Part shown: positions 38,909-53,664 of the stretch, piece after piece
Layout: every line of letters starts with the position of its first letter
How positions within the stretch are numbered: the stretch's first letter is position 1
NCBI RefSeq assembly: GCF_021028975.2
Contig: NC_059427.1
Span: 56,544,001-56,608,000 of the forward strand
Length of the DNA stretch: 64,000 nucleotides
Source: Sphaerodactylus townsendi
Taxonomy: Eukaryota
Direction of reading: 5' to 3'
The notes under the pieces: generated by a model
What the model saw: the letters and a program-made list of their open reading frames with translations, nothing else
Databases searched by the model: none
What the model was told of the DNA's origin: nothing
Program-made: the position numbers and the translations under genes

Positions 38909-40020
38909 CAGAGAGTCTTGGTGCAGGGAGGAGAGGAAGATGTGGCAGTTTAGTCCACATCTCCTCTCCTCTTTCCCTGAGAAATGGTATAGACATTGCT
39001 CTTTTTTTCTTATCACCTTTTTTGGCACCAGCCTCTCACAGAACACCACTGCAGTCCTAAACAGAATGACACTCTTCTAAGCGTGTAGACTTCAATGGAC
39101 TTAGAAGGGAGTAACTATTTAGGATTGAACTATGTATCAGTGTGCCTTTGAACAAAGAGCAGAATGTCCTGCTACTAGAAGATTATTGCTGCTACTAGAG
39201 AATTACTGCTCTGAGTGGAAAGGGAGTTTAAACACATTTGGTTTCACAGGGCAGTAATGCTTCAAGGCCACACATATGAAAAAGGATCAAGTTAGATCAC
39301 ATACTGAAATGATACAATTCATTTTATATTCATGTTCGACATTTAATTTAAAACTGGGAATTTCGAAAAGCACCATCTCTGTTTCAGTATTCATAGACAT
39401 GTTCTTGATTGTTTATACCTGTCTGCTCTTTTAAAATTACAATTAATCTCATTGTGGGGAGGATGCAGTGCAGGAGGGGGAAGCCATTAAAGCAGCTGTC
39501 TGCCGACAGATGTCTTGCACCTACAGAAACACAGCCCAGGACCCAGTCATGCTATGAAACAATGGTACAGTGCCACAGGGTGTGATAGGCTGTCACAGCA
39601 GTTAGATGTTCTGTCTGATTCTTCTTTGCATTTATTTGCTGGGGAAACTAGGCTTTGATAATCTTTCATAAATTTCACAATGGATCTTTTAAGGAACAAT
39701 TTAGAACCGGTAGTCAAACACTGAAGAGCAAATGTTTCAACATCAGAGTCATTAGCAAAGGGATGGCTTTATGACCTTAATATATATTCCTGGCCTCTCT
39801 ACTACTCAGCAATAGTTTAAAAAGCATTTCTATATCTCATTTCCTGTAGATGCCTATATAGCATTATCAGATTAAACATTTCTGTCAAGATGTCATTGAT
39901 ACATTACCACGAAAAGCATGCAGACACTTATTTGACACTCACGTACCTCACTGAAAAGAGGTGTAATTTTTAAAGAACTGATCCAAAGGCTATTTAACCA
40001 CACAGTGGAGAAGCACTTAC

Positions 40021-40131
40021 CTTGGGTTTAAAAGCAATGAGCTTCAGAACCATTTCAATAGTAAACACTGCAGTAAAAACCATGTTGAGAACATCCATTG
40101 CATCATTAAAAATTCTGGACTGCCCATAGTG
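40021..40131 (-). CDS. CACNA1D: CACNA1D exon ~30 (111 nt): [37 protein letters not shown] (IVS2)
   Basis: ttgcag|CAC ... CCC AAG|gtaagt. Confidence 0.97.
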
Positions 40132-41188
40132 CTGCAAATGAAATACAAGAGAGGTATTTTAAGCATTTGTGAGGTGTCCAAAATGAGCAGCATAACATTA
40201 TTTTGAGTTATTCCTGGACTTTTGCACAGGGTCCCAGAATCACTAAGACGACCCCTGAGTTATCAGTAACAAGAGGCCTTGCTATGTTCTTGTTTGATTC
40301 AGCATACCTTAAACAAAACAAGCTAAACAAAAACCTGTAGACTTATGGGCAACATTACAGTAAACTATCACTTTAAATGACTAAGGACACTGTTTTGACC
40401 CTTAATCAAACATCCACATGTTTAGCTCCAATTTCAGTTAGCAGTGGTGCACAGTTCAGACTCTAAAGAGGGACTATCCTAATAATTTAACCATGGGTAA
40501 TAAAGGTATCATTCTTTTTGACTTTGTATTTTTGCTCTGGAATCCTCACATATAGACAAATAGCAAAATTTGAAAGTGGAGTGAGGGAGAGGAAAAGCAC
40601 TGCAAGACATTTTTGTGGGTTTTGTTCATCGGCTCCTCTTAAGCTAAGTCACTTTGAACAGTTTCACAGAAAACTTACGTTGAAAACCACAATCGCTAAA
40701 ACACTGAAAAGTGTTTCATAATTGCCTGCAATAAACATATCCCCTATAAAACTGCCAGATGAAAGGTCTGTCTTTCGTTGTATATACTTTATAATGTCTG
40801 TTCTTCACTTTCCTTAAGACTTCTTAAGAAACCTGAGTATTAAAAAAAACTTCTCAAAAATAAAGATGAGGAAGTGAGACAATGAAGGGGCTCACAAAAG
40901 TTTGTGTGTGTGTGTGTGTAAACTGCCTTGAAGTCACAACCAACTTATTGCAATTTTGTAAGGTTTTCAAGGCAAGGGGCAGTCAAAGGTGGTTTGCCAT
41001 TGCCTACCTCTGCATGTTCTGAGAGAACTGTGAATGGCCCAAGGTCACCCAGCAGGCCTCATGTGGAGAAGTAGGGAATTGAACCTGGTTCTCCAGATTA
41101 GAGTATACCACTCTTAACCACTACCCCACATTGGCTTATGGTGGAAATTGTTTTGTTAATTATGGAAGTGTCGCAGAACTTTTATTTA

Positions 41189-41581
<393 letters not shown>

Positions 41582-43659
41582 TCAACTACAACTATGACAG
41601 TGGCAATGTAGGTTGGGAAATGACTATGAAGTCAAAACAAGCTTTGCAGTTTAATAAATGAACACATGATGGCTCCAGTGTGGGCACAGCACCTCACATG
41701 GGTAAGGGCTTCCAGATTTCTTCTTCAGCAGCATGTTCAGAATGCAGTTTAAAAGATCTGTGAATCTGAATGTGCCCACTAACTTTCAGCCTCTTTAATA
41801 ACTCCATTTTCCCATTTGTGGTTCTTGATAATAGCCACAATCTCCAGTAAACCAAATATCAGAAAACCAGTTCTTGGTCGTTTACACAACATGTTCGTTA
41901 AAGTATTAAAATATTTATACCCAAGGTTGCTGGTGGCTCAAGGCAACCGTCAAATACCATGAAGAAACAAGATGCACTTTAAAATATAAGCAGGACTCAA
42001 CTGATTTAGTCCTATTTTTCCAACTAGAATAGGCAGGAGACAACTTTTTAGGCTCCTTTTTACAATCTGAATACACTGAGGTGCTTGTCCTAACAGGCAA
42101 GGAACAGCCTAGCAAGGCTGTTTTAGGTTGGGAAAATGGCACAGGAGGAAGACTTAATGAAGTCCCTTCCTACATACTACAGTCCTGACCCAAATTCAGG
42201 CCTCATGTGCCAACAATTTAAGGGGGTAGGGAACATTCATTCACAGAACTCCCATCGCCATATCTGATTAGGATCCCTTGGGTCTAATGATGTAAATCAT
42301 TGTTCTTTTGTCTCTTCTTGATGCTGTCAACCAGACATGTGATGGAAGTTCCATGCTCACTTTATGGCCCACCCACCCTAGCAGAGGGAGGGGAGGGAGG
42401 GGTGGCATGCAAGGGAGGGGAGGGAAGGGGACCTGGCATCTGGACCTGGCCCACCCACTCTTGCAGAGGGAGGGGGAGGGGAGGGAAGTACATATGTACT
42501 CATGGGATATCTAGAAATTTTCCCTGCAGGTCAAGTGGTTTCCTAGGGACATTTCATGTTAGATAAGCGAAGTGTGTATGGGGAGAGCAGGGCTGCTTAG
42601 GCCCTTTCTCTGAATTGGTTTCTCACACACCTGGGAATTTTGTATAAATAAGTAAATAAATCTACATATCAAGTCAAATCTTATTACAACCAGTGACAAT
42701 CAGGCTTCTGACATGGAATTTGTACTGGTGTAGCTGAGGTAATGTTGCCCAAAAGGACATTAGGCTGATGCCTAAGTGAGCTGCTGGATTCTTTAATGGG
42801 ATGTTAGCAAGCTGGAGAATAAAGGTCCAGCCTCATTAATAGAGGCTTAATGGGATGTTATTTACCAGATTATGCTATTTACCCATGATGCTATAAAAAT
42901 TTTTACCTGACCATGAAGCCTATTAAAGAAGCAAGAATTTTTTTCCTCCAGGTCTTTGGCAACCCTACTCTTTAACTGGGCCTTTCCAATTTCCAAATAC
43001 ACTGTATATCTATATGACTGAAATAGTAGGAACTGTTCTCACTGGGTTCTTGGGAGAATCAATAAGGGCTTACTCTTGCAGTTCCACTAGACACTTTGTT
43101 CCCTCCCCATTATTTCCTGTAAAACAAGGGATGTTCCATGAAGGCAATGCGGGAGTCTGCTACACACACAAAGCTAGAAAAATAAAAATATGTACAACAA
43201 CTGTACGCAGCATTATTATCATCACATAAATGATTTTAACTCTGAGTAATACTAGCCAAATGTAAAGAGGGTTAAAGATTTGCCATCAAGAATGTATACA
43301 GAGAGCTTGACTTTCTACTTCACAGACAGAAAAGGAGGCTAGAACCACATTCATTTGATATGAGAGAATTTCACCAGTGTGTTCTCTACAGAGAGATATA
43401 ACGAAACTGCCTTATACCAAATCAGACACCTGGTGCATCAACTCTGACTGATAAGGTAAACCAGGGTCTCAACTGGAGGTTTTCCTTCTAACCTCTGCTA
43501 CTTGGGGATCATTAAGCTGGAACCTGAAGCTTTAAATACAACACTTGCTCTCTGCCACAAGGTTGTAGCTTTTCCATGAGCGTGACTCTACTCAACAAAG
43601 TAAGCAAAGCAAGGGAACAGCACCCTCTTCTGAGACAAGAAAAAAGACACCCCCTTTCA

Positions 43660-43905
<246 letters not shown>

Positions 43906-44829
43906 TTAACAAAAAAGAAGTAAAGGTAATTTCTTTTAAGTTCAATTAATTACAAGTTCCATTTTGCAGTTCATACACAAGAACTGTAAAACAAGAGTAT
44001 GTATGTGACTCTTAATGGCAAAAGATTCACTTCAGACAGAACTCTTCATTTAAAGAAAACAATAAGGCTCCAAAAACAAATAAATATTGCTTAATCAATA
44101 CAGATTGGTCCATAGGAAGATTGGGAAATTTCACTGATCTTCCTAAGATAAAAACAAGGTAAAGTTATGAAAAGTGTACTTCTGGGCACAATCACTAAGG
44201 CATCCATCCTATGAACGCATTTGTGATTAAGCCCCACCAGATTTGTTTCTGCATTAAAAGCCCTAAGATCGTGCTGTAAATCACTAAGAGAGGAGTTTTA
44301 AGTTTTTAAATGCAGTATGCTTTATTTTTTTTTTCAGAGAAAAAAAGGAACCAACATAGGGTTGGATCCAATCTGTTTTTCCACTGGTGAAAAGAACAGA
44401 GGGGTCCACTATGACCACACAAAAGGCTATGCTGAGGATCATAGGACCTGCACTGGCAAAAACCACATGGGAGTTGAAAAGGGAATTAAATGCAACTGAG
44501 TGGGAAAGCAAATTGGATCCAATCCATGAAGTACATATTGAAATTTTAGAACATTCATAATACAACTGTGTACTAAATAATTAGATTCAAAATATAGAAA
44601 ATATAGATCTTGTGTGGAAACATCTGAAGTACTACAAGTGGAGCATAGTTCACAGAACTGGAACATGTCACCTTCTCCTTGAGCCCATTGCTTCCTCAAC
44701 TGCTGGGGTCGGTCAGAGGCCTTGCAGGGACATCACAGATATGAAGGGGGAAATCAGCAAATAAGAAAATTCATCTGCTTTGGAACCTTTTCAGATTTCA
44801 GGCTGGGCTATGGGAGGGAGAATACACTC

Positions 44830-45410
44830 ATCGACTTATAGATGATCTCTGTCTGAATGTGGACAAAAGCCATGCCGCTTCATCACTCGATTTATCTGCA
44901 GCCTTCCATACTATGAATCATGCCACCCTATTGAGATGTTTGGAGGCAGATCTTGGTATAATGGAAGTGCTTTGAACTGGCTTAAATCATTCCTTATAGA
45001 TCAGTCTCTAAGAGTTGCTATCAGAGGCCAGTTGTCATCAGTGTGGGACTTGGCCTGTGGGGTTCCACCTAGTGCATTCTTACTCCCTTAGTGTTCAACC
45101 CCTATATGAAGCCCTTGCATTCATAGTATAGGAATTGGTTATCATAAATACATTAATGGCATCCACTTTTATATCTTGTTATGCAAATCTTCTGGTGGTG
45201 CAGTAGCGATCTTGAACAATGGCCAAACAGATGTGGTTAAATGGCTAACGGGGTGGGGTGGGGAAACGTAACTGAATCCTTATAAAATGTAAGAAATGTT
45301 AACTAGGAAGGATGAAGCTTTGAAGGACATCATACTTTTCAATTTTGATGGAGTTCAGCTGACCCTTGCTGACTTCGCTAGAAGTCTACAGGTTTTACTG
45401 AACCCAATAT
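44830..45410 (+). mobile_element. Old L2-like LINE RT fragment
   Basis: Degenerate LDLSAAF.T.NH and CGVP.(G/S).L motifs; boundaries approximate. Confidence 0.6.
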
Positions 45411-45759
45411 TGCCTACCTCACAGGACTGTTGTGAGGATGAACCAGAAATGAGCTCTAATTTGCCCATGCACCTGTATTTGAATAGTTGACAAACTGAAG
45501 TGAAACTGAAGGCTCCCCAAAGCCAGAGGCTCCTGACCACACTCTGTGCTTGATGGGAGAAGTGATGAGGAGAAGAGTGAGGGGAGTGCCCAAGCACTGA
45601 AACAAGCAGTTCCCCCATCACAGACAAACCTCTGACACCTCCATGATCTTTCAGTGATTCCCAAATAGATCATGCTCTTCAGAAAATATAACCAGCAGCT
45701 CATCATCCCCCAAATATCACCAAGACAGTTCATAAAAGCTTCACAGATGGTGCACTTAC

Positions 45760-45906
45760 GCGGGCCAGCCTTCAAAAGTGGACACAGTGAAAAGAGCCAT
45801 CATAGCAGCAAGCACATTGTCAAAGTTGAAATCACTGTTCTGCCATATTCTTTCCCTCACCATTGGACTATCGACATCTCCATCTTTGTAAACAATAAAG
45901 ATCCCC
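45760..45906 (-). CDS. CACNA1D: CACNA1D exon ~27 (147 nt): [48 protein letters not shown](A) (domain III pore)
   Basis: ctgtag|G GGG ... CCC GC|gtaagt; TFEGW filter motif. Confidence 0.97.
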
Positions 45907-46005
45907 CTACAGAAGAAAGAACAGCAGATGTTGGTGTCAATGCATTGGAAACAGAAGACACCATTGCAATGCCCTAATTTGCAGATACAAAGGAAAAACG
46001 CGTAC

Positions 46006-46058
46006 CGACATTCCTCAGGATTTTGTTTTGCTTCATCTGTGCACCGATAGAATTTACC
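46006..46058 (-). CDS. CACNA1D: CACNA1D exon ~26 (53 nt): [17 protein letters not shown](R)
   Basis: ttgtag|GGT ... TGT CG|gtacgc. Confidence 0.96.
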
Positions 46059-46188
46059 CTACAAAGGAAAACAACAGAAGTTGATCATATACTAGTCAGT
46101 CATTTTTAAAGCACCTCTCTGAGGTTCCCAGAGAATGACCTTGCCAGTGAAGTGCTCTTTACAGGACTGAAGATGTTACCATGACCTA

Positions 46189-46356
<168 letters not shown>

Positions 46357-46734
46357 TTATTCAGGCGACTGATCGTGATGCTTACTGGGTAATAATTTAA
46401 ACTGTACTTAATTTGTTTCTTGAGTGTACCAGTTAGAGACTCTAGTCAGGTCTTGCCAGCCTCATGAACAAAATTTGTAAACAATTGGTGGCGGGGGGGG
46501 GGGGGGCATTTTCTGTCCTAGAACATCATAATGACTTTCTAGCACATGACACTAGGTTCCATGATTGTATCCCTAACCATGGAACTTAGCTGCAAAAACT
46601 CTTATGTGTGCATGTGTGTTTATGTGATATGGATTGGGACTGGGGGGGGGGGGGGGGGAGGTTAATGTCCCCTGCACTCAGCACCATCACCCACATCAAA
46701 ATTGTCTCCCTCATTGCTTTAATACCTGCTAGGG

Positions 46735-46880
46735 CAGTGGTGGTGAACCTTTGGCACTCCAGATGTTGTGGACTACAATTCCCATCAGCCCCTGCCAGCA
46801 TGGCCAATTGACCATGCTGGCAGGGGCTGATGGGAATTGTAGTCCACAACATCTGGAGTGCCAAAGGTTCGCCACCATGG
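46735..46880. mobile_element. Palindromic hAT MITE (146 bp)
   Basis: Almost perfect palindrome centred on CCAATTG; 8-bp TSD TGCTAGGG (46727-46734, 46881-46888); partial relative at ~55503-55629. Confidence 0.92.
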
Positions 46881-47519
46881 TGCTAGGGGAAAAGGACAGT
46901 TGCCTATGTTACACCCTGTCCTTTTTCTTTCACAAATTCTTAAAACAGCATGGGGGCAGGACATCAGGTCAACAGTCCAAGGGGAAAGTTACCTCTCCCC
47001 ACCCACACATCCCATTCCTCAGCACCACAGCCACAATCTGTATCATTCTGTTACTGTTTTTGGCAAGTAGAATATGCACCTGGAGAGCCTATCATGGATC
47101 TGCTGTGTCACATATGGTGGTGGTGGTGGTGGTGGTGGTGGTGAAAAGTGCTATAAAGTCACAACGGACTTTATGATGACCCTGTAGGGTTTACAAGGCA
47201 AGAGAGGTTCAGAGGGGATTTGCCAGGGCCTGCCTCTGCATGGGCTGAGAGAGTTCTGAGAGAGCTATGACTAGCCCAAGGTCACCCAACAGACCTCAGG
47301 TGGAGGTTCTCCAGATGAGAGTTTGCCGCTCTTAACCACTGCATCATGTGGGTTACACTTTAAGCAGCTTTGCAAGGAAACCAGAAGTTTTGCACAGCAA
47401 AACAGGATACAAACAGACATTATCATTTTTTGTTTGTAAAAGCAAATCATATGTGTGCATGCACCCTTAACTTGGATTAGAACTGTGTGGAGAGGAGACA
47501 GATTTAATCTTTCACCCTG

Positions 47520-48250
47520 ACATGGTTAGATCACAGGAGTGGTCCATCTAGTCCAGCATCTGTCTCACACAGTAGCTATCCAGCTACTCTGGAGGTATAT
47601 AACAACAGGATATATAGGCAGAGGCCTTCCCCTGACATTACCTCCTGGCACTGGTATTCAGAGCTTTACTGCTTCTGAATATGGAGGTTCTCTCTGGTGG
47701 CTAAGGCTAGTAGCAAATGATGGATGTATCCTCCATTAATCTGTGTAACCCTCTTTTAAAGGCTTGTAGCCATCATTATGTCCTCTGGCAGGGAACTCCA
47801 TAATTCAGTCATTGAGCAAAGAGGTTCTTCCTTTTGCCTGTCCTAAAACTATTGCCCATCGGCTTTACTGGTTGTAGTATTATGGAAGAGGAACAAGAAG
47901 CTCTCTATCCACATTGTCTATCCTATTAATAATCTTTTGGCCTCTGTCATGTCCACCCTGAGTCATCTTTTTTCTAGACTGAAAAGTCCCAGACATTGAT
48001 CATAGGAAAAGTGCTCTGACTCCTTAATCATCTTGGTTGCCCTTTTGTGCACTTTTTCCCATCTGTAATATCCTTTTTGAAATACACTAATTACAAGTAT
48101 ACATAGTATTCTAAATGAGGGTGTATCATAGTTTTGTTCAAGGGCATTACAATATTGCCTATTTTATTTTCAATTTCTTTCCTAATAATGCCAGGCATAG
48201 AGTTTGCCTTTTTCACCATGGCTGCACAATGGAGTTGACATTTTCTGACT
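47520..48250 (-). mobile_element. CR1 LINE 3' fragment; a second short CR1 3' end lies in the opposite orientation at ~48460-48550
   Basis: GGTCCATCTAGTCCAGCA 3'UTR motif; reverse of the LGLFSLEKRRLRG-like segment (TTTTCTAGACTGAAAAGTCCCAG). Confidence 0.75.
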
Positions 48251-48833
48251 TTCATTATGCAAATTGAAATTACACTTCCTACTTTGTTAGCATTTTAAAG
48301 AGAAAATGATGTCTTCTTTAAAACCCTGTCTTCTCCCCTTCAAACTGCTAATAGTGCAGACAACCTGGCTTTATTTAACAAAACAGAGTAGTGTTTGAAA
48401 GTGCATGCATACGCAGTTTGGCTTTTACAATCAGACAGGGAGCCATGCTCTGCATCAGACTTTGCTCTCAGTAAGTGTCTGGCCACTGTGTGAGACAGGA
48501 TGCTGGACTAGATGGACCACTGGTCTGATCCAGCAGAGCTCCTCTTATGCTTTAATTGCCCTACACTAACTGATGCAAGGGACAAACAGAAGAGTTGATA
48601 GTGTAGAAAGGCAAGGAAGGGCCAGAGAAGAAGGTGGGCCAGAGCTTAAGTAAGCCCAGGGGGGAGGAAGATGGGAAGCAGTACAGCATTAGGATCCCTG
48701 AGGAAATGGAGAACCAGGAGATCCAATAGGAAGTATGAAGACTGAGGGCTGGGAGGAGAGGTCTGTAAGGCTTGGCCAAAAGTTAAATCTGGAAGAGAAC
48801 TGAACCACAGCATAGTGCTGAAAAGCTATATTA

Positions 48834-49070
<237 letters not shown>

Positions 49071-50933
49071 TTATTATTTGATATAATTTGCTTTCTGGGT
49101 CACAATTTAATACTCATGAACAAAAACCCATCAATTCTGCAAAAATTCTTATGCACTTATAAAAACAAATAATCCTTTGTAAACAAGAGTTTATGTTAAT
49201 TTGCATAGTCCAATTCATTTCTAAACAACTTTTTTTTCTACCTAAAGGATGCCTTATTTAAGCAGAAGAAAAAAAGATTTGTCAACAGAATGGGAATAAC
49301 TTGGGAAAATACTGCTTATGTAAGGAAATAACAACCCTCTCTGACATTAATTTGGTGTAACTTGTGAGCAATTGTAGATTTGTCTCAACCACTGTCAAAA
49401 TATAGGGTACTTTCACACATACTGAATAATGCACTTTCAATCCACTTTCAATGCACTTTAATAATAATTTGCAAGTTGCTTTTGCCATTTCACACAGTAA
49501 AATCCAGTTGCGAAGTAGACTGAAAGTACATTGTTTAGCATGTGTGAAAGTGACCATGTAGACTAGCAAATGCTTATATCTACTCTCAATGTACAAAAAG
49601 AACTTTGCTTATCATATGAGTTTTTGCGTGCCCATTGGGACCTTTATGTCCTGTATTTTTTCTAAATGAGATGACCCTCTATTGTTTGCCAGAATGCAAG
49701 TGTGATAATCTAACATTTAAAGCAATTAAACTGTGAGAATCAAGGTGGCTTAGAAACAACTTTTCCTTTTTCTCCCCATAACAGACACCTTGTGAGGTAG
49801 GTGGGGCTGAGAGCATTTTGAATGAACTGTGACTAGCCCAAGGTCACCCAGCAGGCCATCAAATGTAGGAGTGTAGAAGCAAATCCAGTTCACCAGATAA
49901 GACTCCACCACTCATGTGGAGGAGTGGGGAATCAAACCCAGTTCTCCAGATTAGAATTCATCTGCTCTTAACCACTATACCATGATGGCTCTCAAATGAA
50001 AACTGAAGTCTTCATGATGTTGAATCCAGTACCTGGTACTATCCTACATCTTATATTTACAATGTATGATGGTGAAATCACCTAGTACACACAATTTGAT
50101 CTACTGGAATCCATCTTCACACAATATTATCGTTGGAAGTGTGGTTGAAGTTATGTTGCCAGAGTGGAATGCAGATAGAGAGCAGATGTGATATAGTAGC
50201 CCTGAGGTGGATTTTAAGAAGACGGGGTTACAGAGCCATGCAGGAAGGGATGTAAAGAAAGCAGGGCACCTCAGAAAACATAACCCTTATAAATATAGTA
50301 CCCATGGATTCTATAATAAAAATAGCAATATAATAGTAGTTATAAAGCAAAATGATGAAATATCAATAATCTTTGTACATAAAGCAATATTCCATCACCC
50401 TCTATTAAGACCAAAATATGAAACCCAGGAATGGGCTTTACAAACCTGGGAATGGAATCTGTAGGGAATGGTAGGCTCCTGTATATCTCTTTATTTCTTT
50501 TTAGAAAAATGACCATCTGCCATTCATTCTGAAGAAGAGACTCTAAAGCACAGCCTTTGAGGACAGAAGTGCAGTAAGAGGAAGAGCAATATTTGCTTAC
50601 TGGGCCTCTCTACAGGACCTCCCTTCAGATTTCTCCTTCCGCTCACAAATTATGGACATTTTGAAAGTCTGCTTTATTTATCATACCTAAAAAGCCTGGC
50701 CACTACATAAAGCTCTGTTTCCTTGTTTCCCTTCTCAGAATGTAGAGGAAAGGTTAATTTTTTTGGTGGTGACATACGGTGGCTAAGCTGAGCTCCATTT
50801 GATGGCCCACTGCACTATTTGTTGCCTATCTGCTGGATGGGAAAATGAAAACTGTTTGAGTACCACCAAACAACAGATGAAAAAAACAAGAACAATGACC
50901 AAAAGTATTTTGAAAAGCTATTGTAATACTTAC

Positions 50934-51040
50934 TGAATGCCAAATGACACAAGAGAAACACCCACTACCAACAAGTCCAGCAAGTTAAAGTAATTCCGGC
51001 AGAAAGACCCCTTATGAAGGAATGCTCCAAACACGGTTAA
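50934..51040 (-). CDS. CACNA1D: CACNA1D exon ~23 (107 nt): [35 protein letters not shown](Q) (IIIS3)
   Basis: ttttag|TTA ACC ... ATT CA|gtaagt. Confidence 0.96.
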
Positions 51041-53467
51041 CTAAAAGTAGAACAGTCATATTTTACTCTTTGATCCTGCTTAGCTCAATTATATACATAG
51101 GCTGTTTACAAGATGCTCGCATTGAATGATAAACAAAGTATTGCTTATTAGGTTAGTCAAAATACAAAATTATAAACCCAATGTTAAAATTGATCAATTT
51201 GACTGATGCCCATTAATGCCATTAGATATCGAAAACTTTTGGGAGGCGTGGGGGGGGGGGGGGAGAGAAATGAATGTTCCTGTACTCATATATGAGGTTG
51301 CAACAATTTCCTCCAATTCCACCCTCAGGAACAAGATTTGGGGGGCTCATAGGCTGCATCAATGGGGGTGGGGCAATGTTCCCTGTAAGTTGTGTGGTCG
51401 GACAGACACCTTATCAGTACCATACAGATCGGGCAGCCAGCAGCAGGCGGAGCTCTCGTGGGCAGCTCTGTGCTGCTCAGTGGTAGGTAACATCCATGCA
51501 GTTCCCTACCACAGTTAGAGGGATTATTGGGGTGTCATTGCTACCCCTCTTAAAATATATATATTTAAATTTTCTTAATGATACAGTCAGATATAGGCCA
51601 TTATCTTGTAATCCTTACAACAACTTTGTAAAGTGGTTGGGTATTGTTATCTCCGGGATGTAAACAGTGGTTTGGGACTGATAAGCTACGGCAAGCCTAA
51701 GGCTACCTGTGAATTCAAAGCAAGGGTGAAAGTGGATCTGGGGCTCTCTTTCTCTGGCTGAGTGGGGCAGATTGGTGTAGCAGAATCACTACTCAAGAGA
51801 GTCCCTCAAAAGATGCCAGGATTCAGTACCAGTAAGTACCATCACAAAAAACCCTAATTAGAAATAATATATTAATAATAATAAAACAAAAGTTGTTTTA
51901 TTTTTAAAAAATCCTGCCAACCCACACTCACATTTTTTTTCTGCTTACATAATACTAAATGTCAGATTCAGCCTCTTGCCACTCAAGGTTATGGCATAAT
52001 TCAATTGGGCTGGAGGCTGAGCAATGTAACATCCACTGAAATAAGGATAAACTGAGCTTCCCGAGATATTCTTCTTTGCTCACTGTTCCTCTTTATTTCA
52101 ATACCTTATCATGTTAAATAGCTGCTCATTTGCCCAGGGAAATATGTCAGCAGAAGGATAAAGAAATATGACCTTTCTCATAATAAGCATGTTCCAAACC
52201 TCCATATTGCCATAAATTAAAATGGAATATATTTCAAAGAACTGCGGACAGGATCCTGACTGACAGGACAGTGGCACAGCTTATTGTGCTACATATTGTG
52301 TTTTCACAGAGGTAGGGAAAGTGCCACTGCCAGATTGATGGGTGCAATGCAACAAGCCTGTTAGGAGACAGTCCAGCTGCGCCATGGCTGTGCCTTTCCT
52401 GGTCACAGCACCGCTACCTCCTCTGGATTGCATTGCCAGTCGGTTTTGTATTTTTCTTTATTAATCTAAATCTAGCTTTCACAGTCACATAGCTCAGTTA
52501 CTGGGAAAACCCCAGCTAGCTTCCAGTGAATATTTAAAACTAAAAAAACCACAGCATATCTTGTAAACAGCCAAAATTACAATTATCAATTAAAAATACT
52601 GTAAAAAGGACACACAGTAATGTGAATAAAGTTGGAAATAGATTTGTTGTTACATTCAATTCTCAACTGTAAATGCAAAGTTTATGTACTGATTCTTATA
52701 ATACCAGGAGGTCTACAGTTACATGTCTGGGCTACTCAAGGGTTTGAAATCAGATTTTCCCAGTCTCAAAGGTTGTAAAATGTGTGTGCACATGTTTTAT
52801 ATATTCTTGTTTATTTCCCCAGCACCAATTTGCCTCAAGAGCATTTACACAATCAGTATGCCAAGCTAATTAATATGTCAGAATGCTAAGTGCCCCAGAG
52901 AATGTTCTTTGTAATCAGTACACAAGCCATACATCAAAATACCAGTTCTGAACTCATGCATGGGCAATACATTTAAGCAAACATGTTTATGCCTCTCTGT
53001 CTATTTAAATGTACACCCGATATAAAGCATCTTAGTATATTAAGGGCAGAGTATCTTGCAAGTCCCTTTGCAAGAAAACAATGACCTACCATTACAGTTC
53101 TATGTTCAGAAAGAGAAATGAGAAACTACATGCTCCCCTTTTAAAAGATTTAGGATCTTTCTTTTCAAAATGCCAGAAAAGGGAGGAAGAAAACTCATGC
53201 GCTGTGAAACATTGCCCCCCTCTTCTGACAAACTGTAAGCAGAAAATAGGGTCAAATGAAATGTCAGATTGATGTGATGACAAAAATGTAGCTTCTACAT
53301 GCATCCAAAATTCAAAAATCATGAATAAAAATCATGAAAAAAATCTCTTTTTTTAACAATTTAAATTTGCTTGTTGAGTGAAAAGGTGGAGAACACTTCA
53401 AGTGCCTTTTCTTGCAGGAGACACACAGACAAAAATCCTTAAGCAAACTTCTTTATAAACCTGTTAC

Positions 53468-53527
53468 CTTCAAAACGATTTCAAATGTAAACATACTAGT
53501 GAAGACATAATCTGCATACCCTAGGAT
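53468..53527 (-). CDS. CACNA1D: CACNA1D exon 22a (60 nt, mutually exclusive IIIS2 variant 2): ILGYADYVFTSMFTFEIVLK
   Basis: ccttccag|ATC CTA ... TTG AAG|gtaaca; same length and phase as, and paralogous to, the adjacent exon. Confidence 0.94.
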
Positions 53528-53604
53528 CTGGAAGGTAAACACAAAGTTACAAACATTATTGCTAGAGCTGTTTGAGCTAACAAGGACAATGAACAATTAA
53601 TTAC

Positions 53605-53664
53605 CTTTAACAGGATTTCAACAGTAAAGATGGCTGTGAAAGCATAGTCAAAGTAACCAAGTAT
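53605..53664 (-). CDS. CACNA1D: CACNA1D exon 22 (60 nt, IIIS2 variant 1): ILGYFDYAFTAIFTVEILLK
   Basis: ttgcag|ATA CTT ... TTA AAG|gtaatt; not in the ORF track. Confidence 0.96.

Noticed and set aside
46586-47176. Two ORFs with identical N-termini on opposite strands
   Set aside because: Produced by the palindromic MITE.
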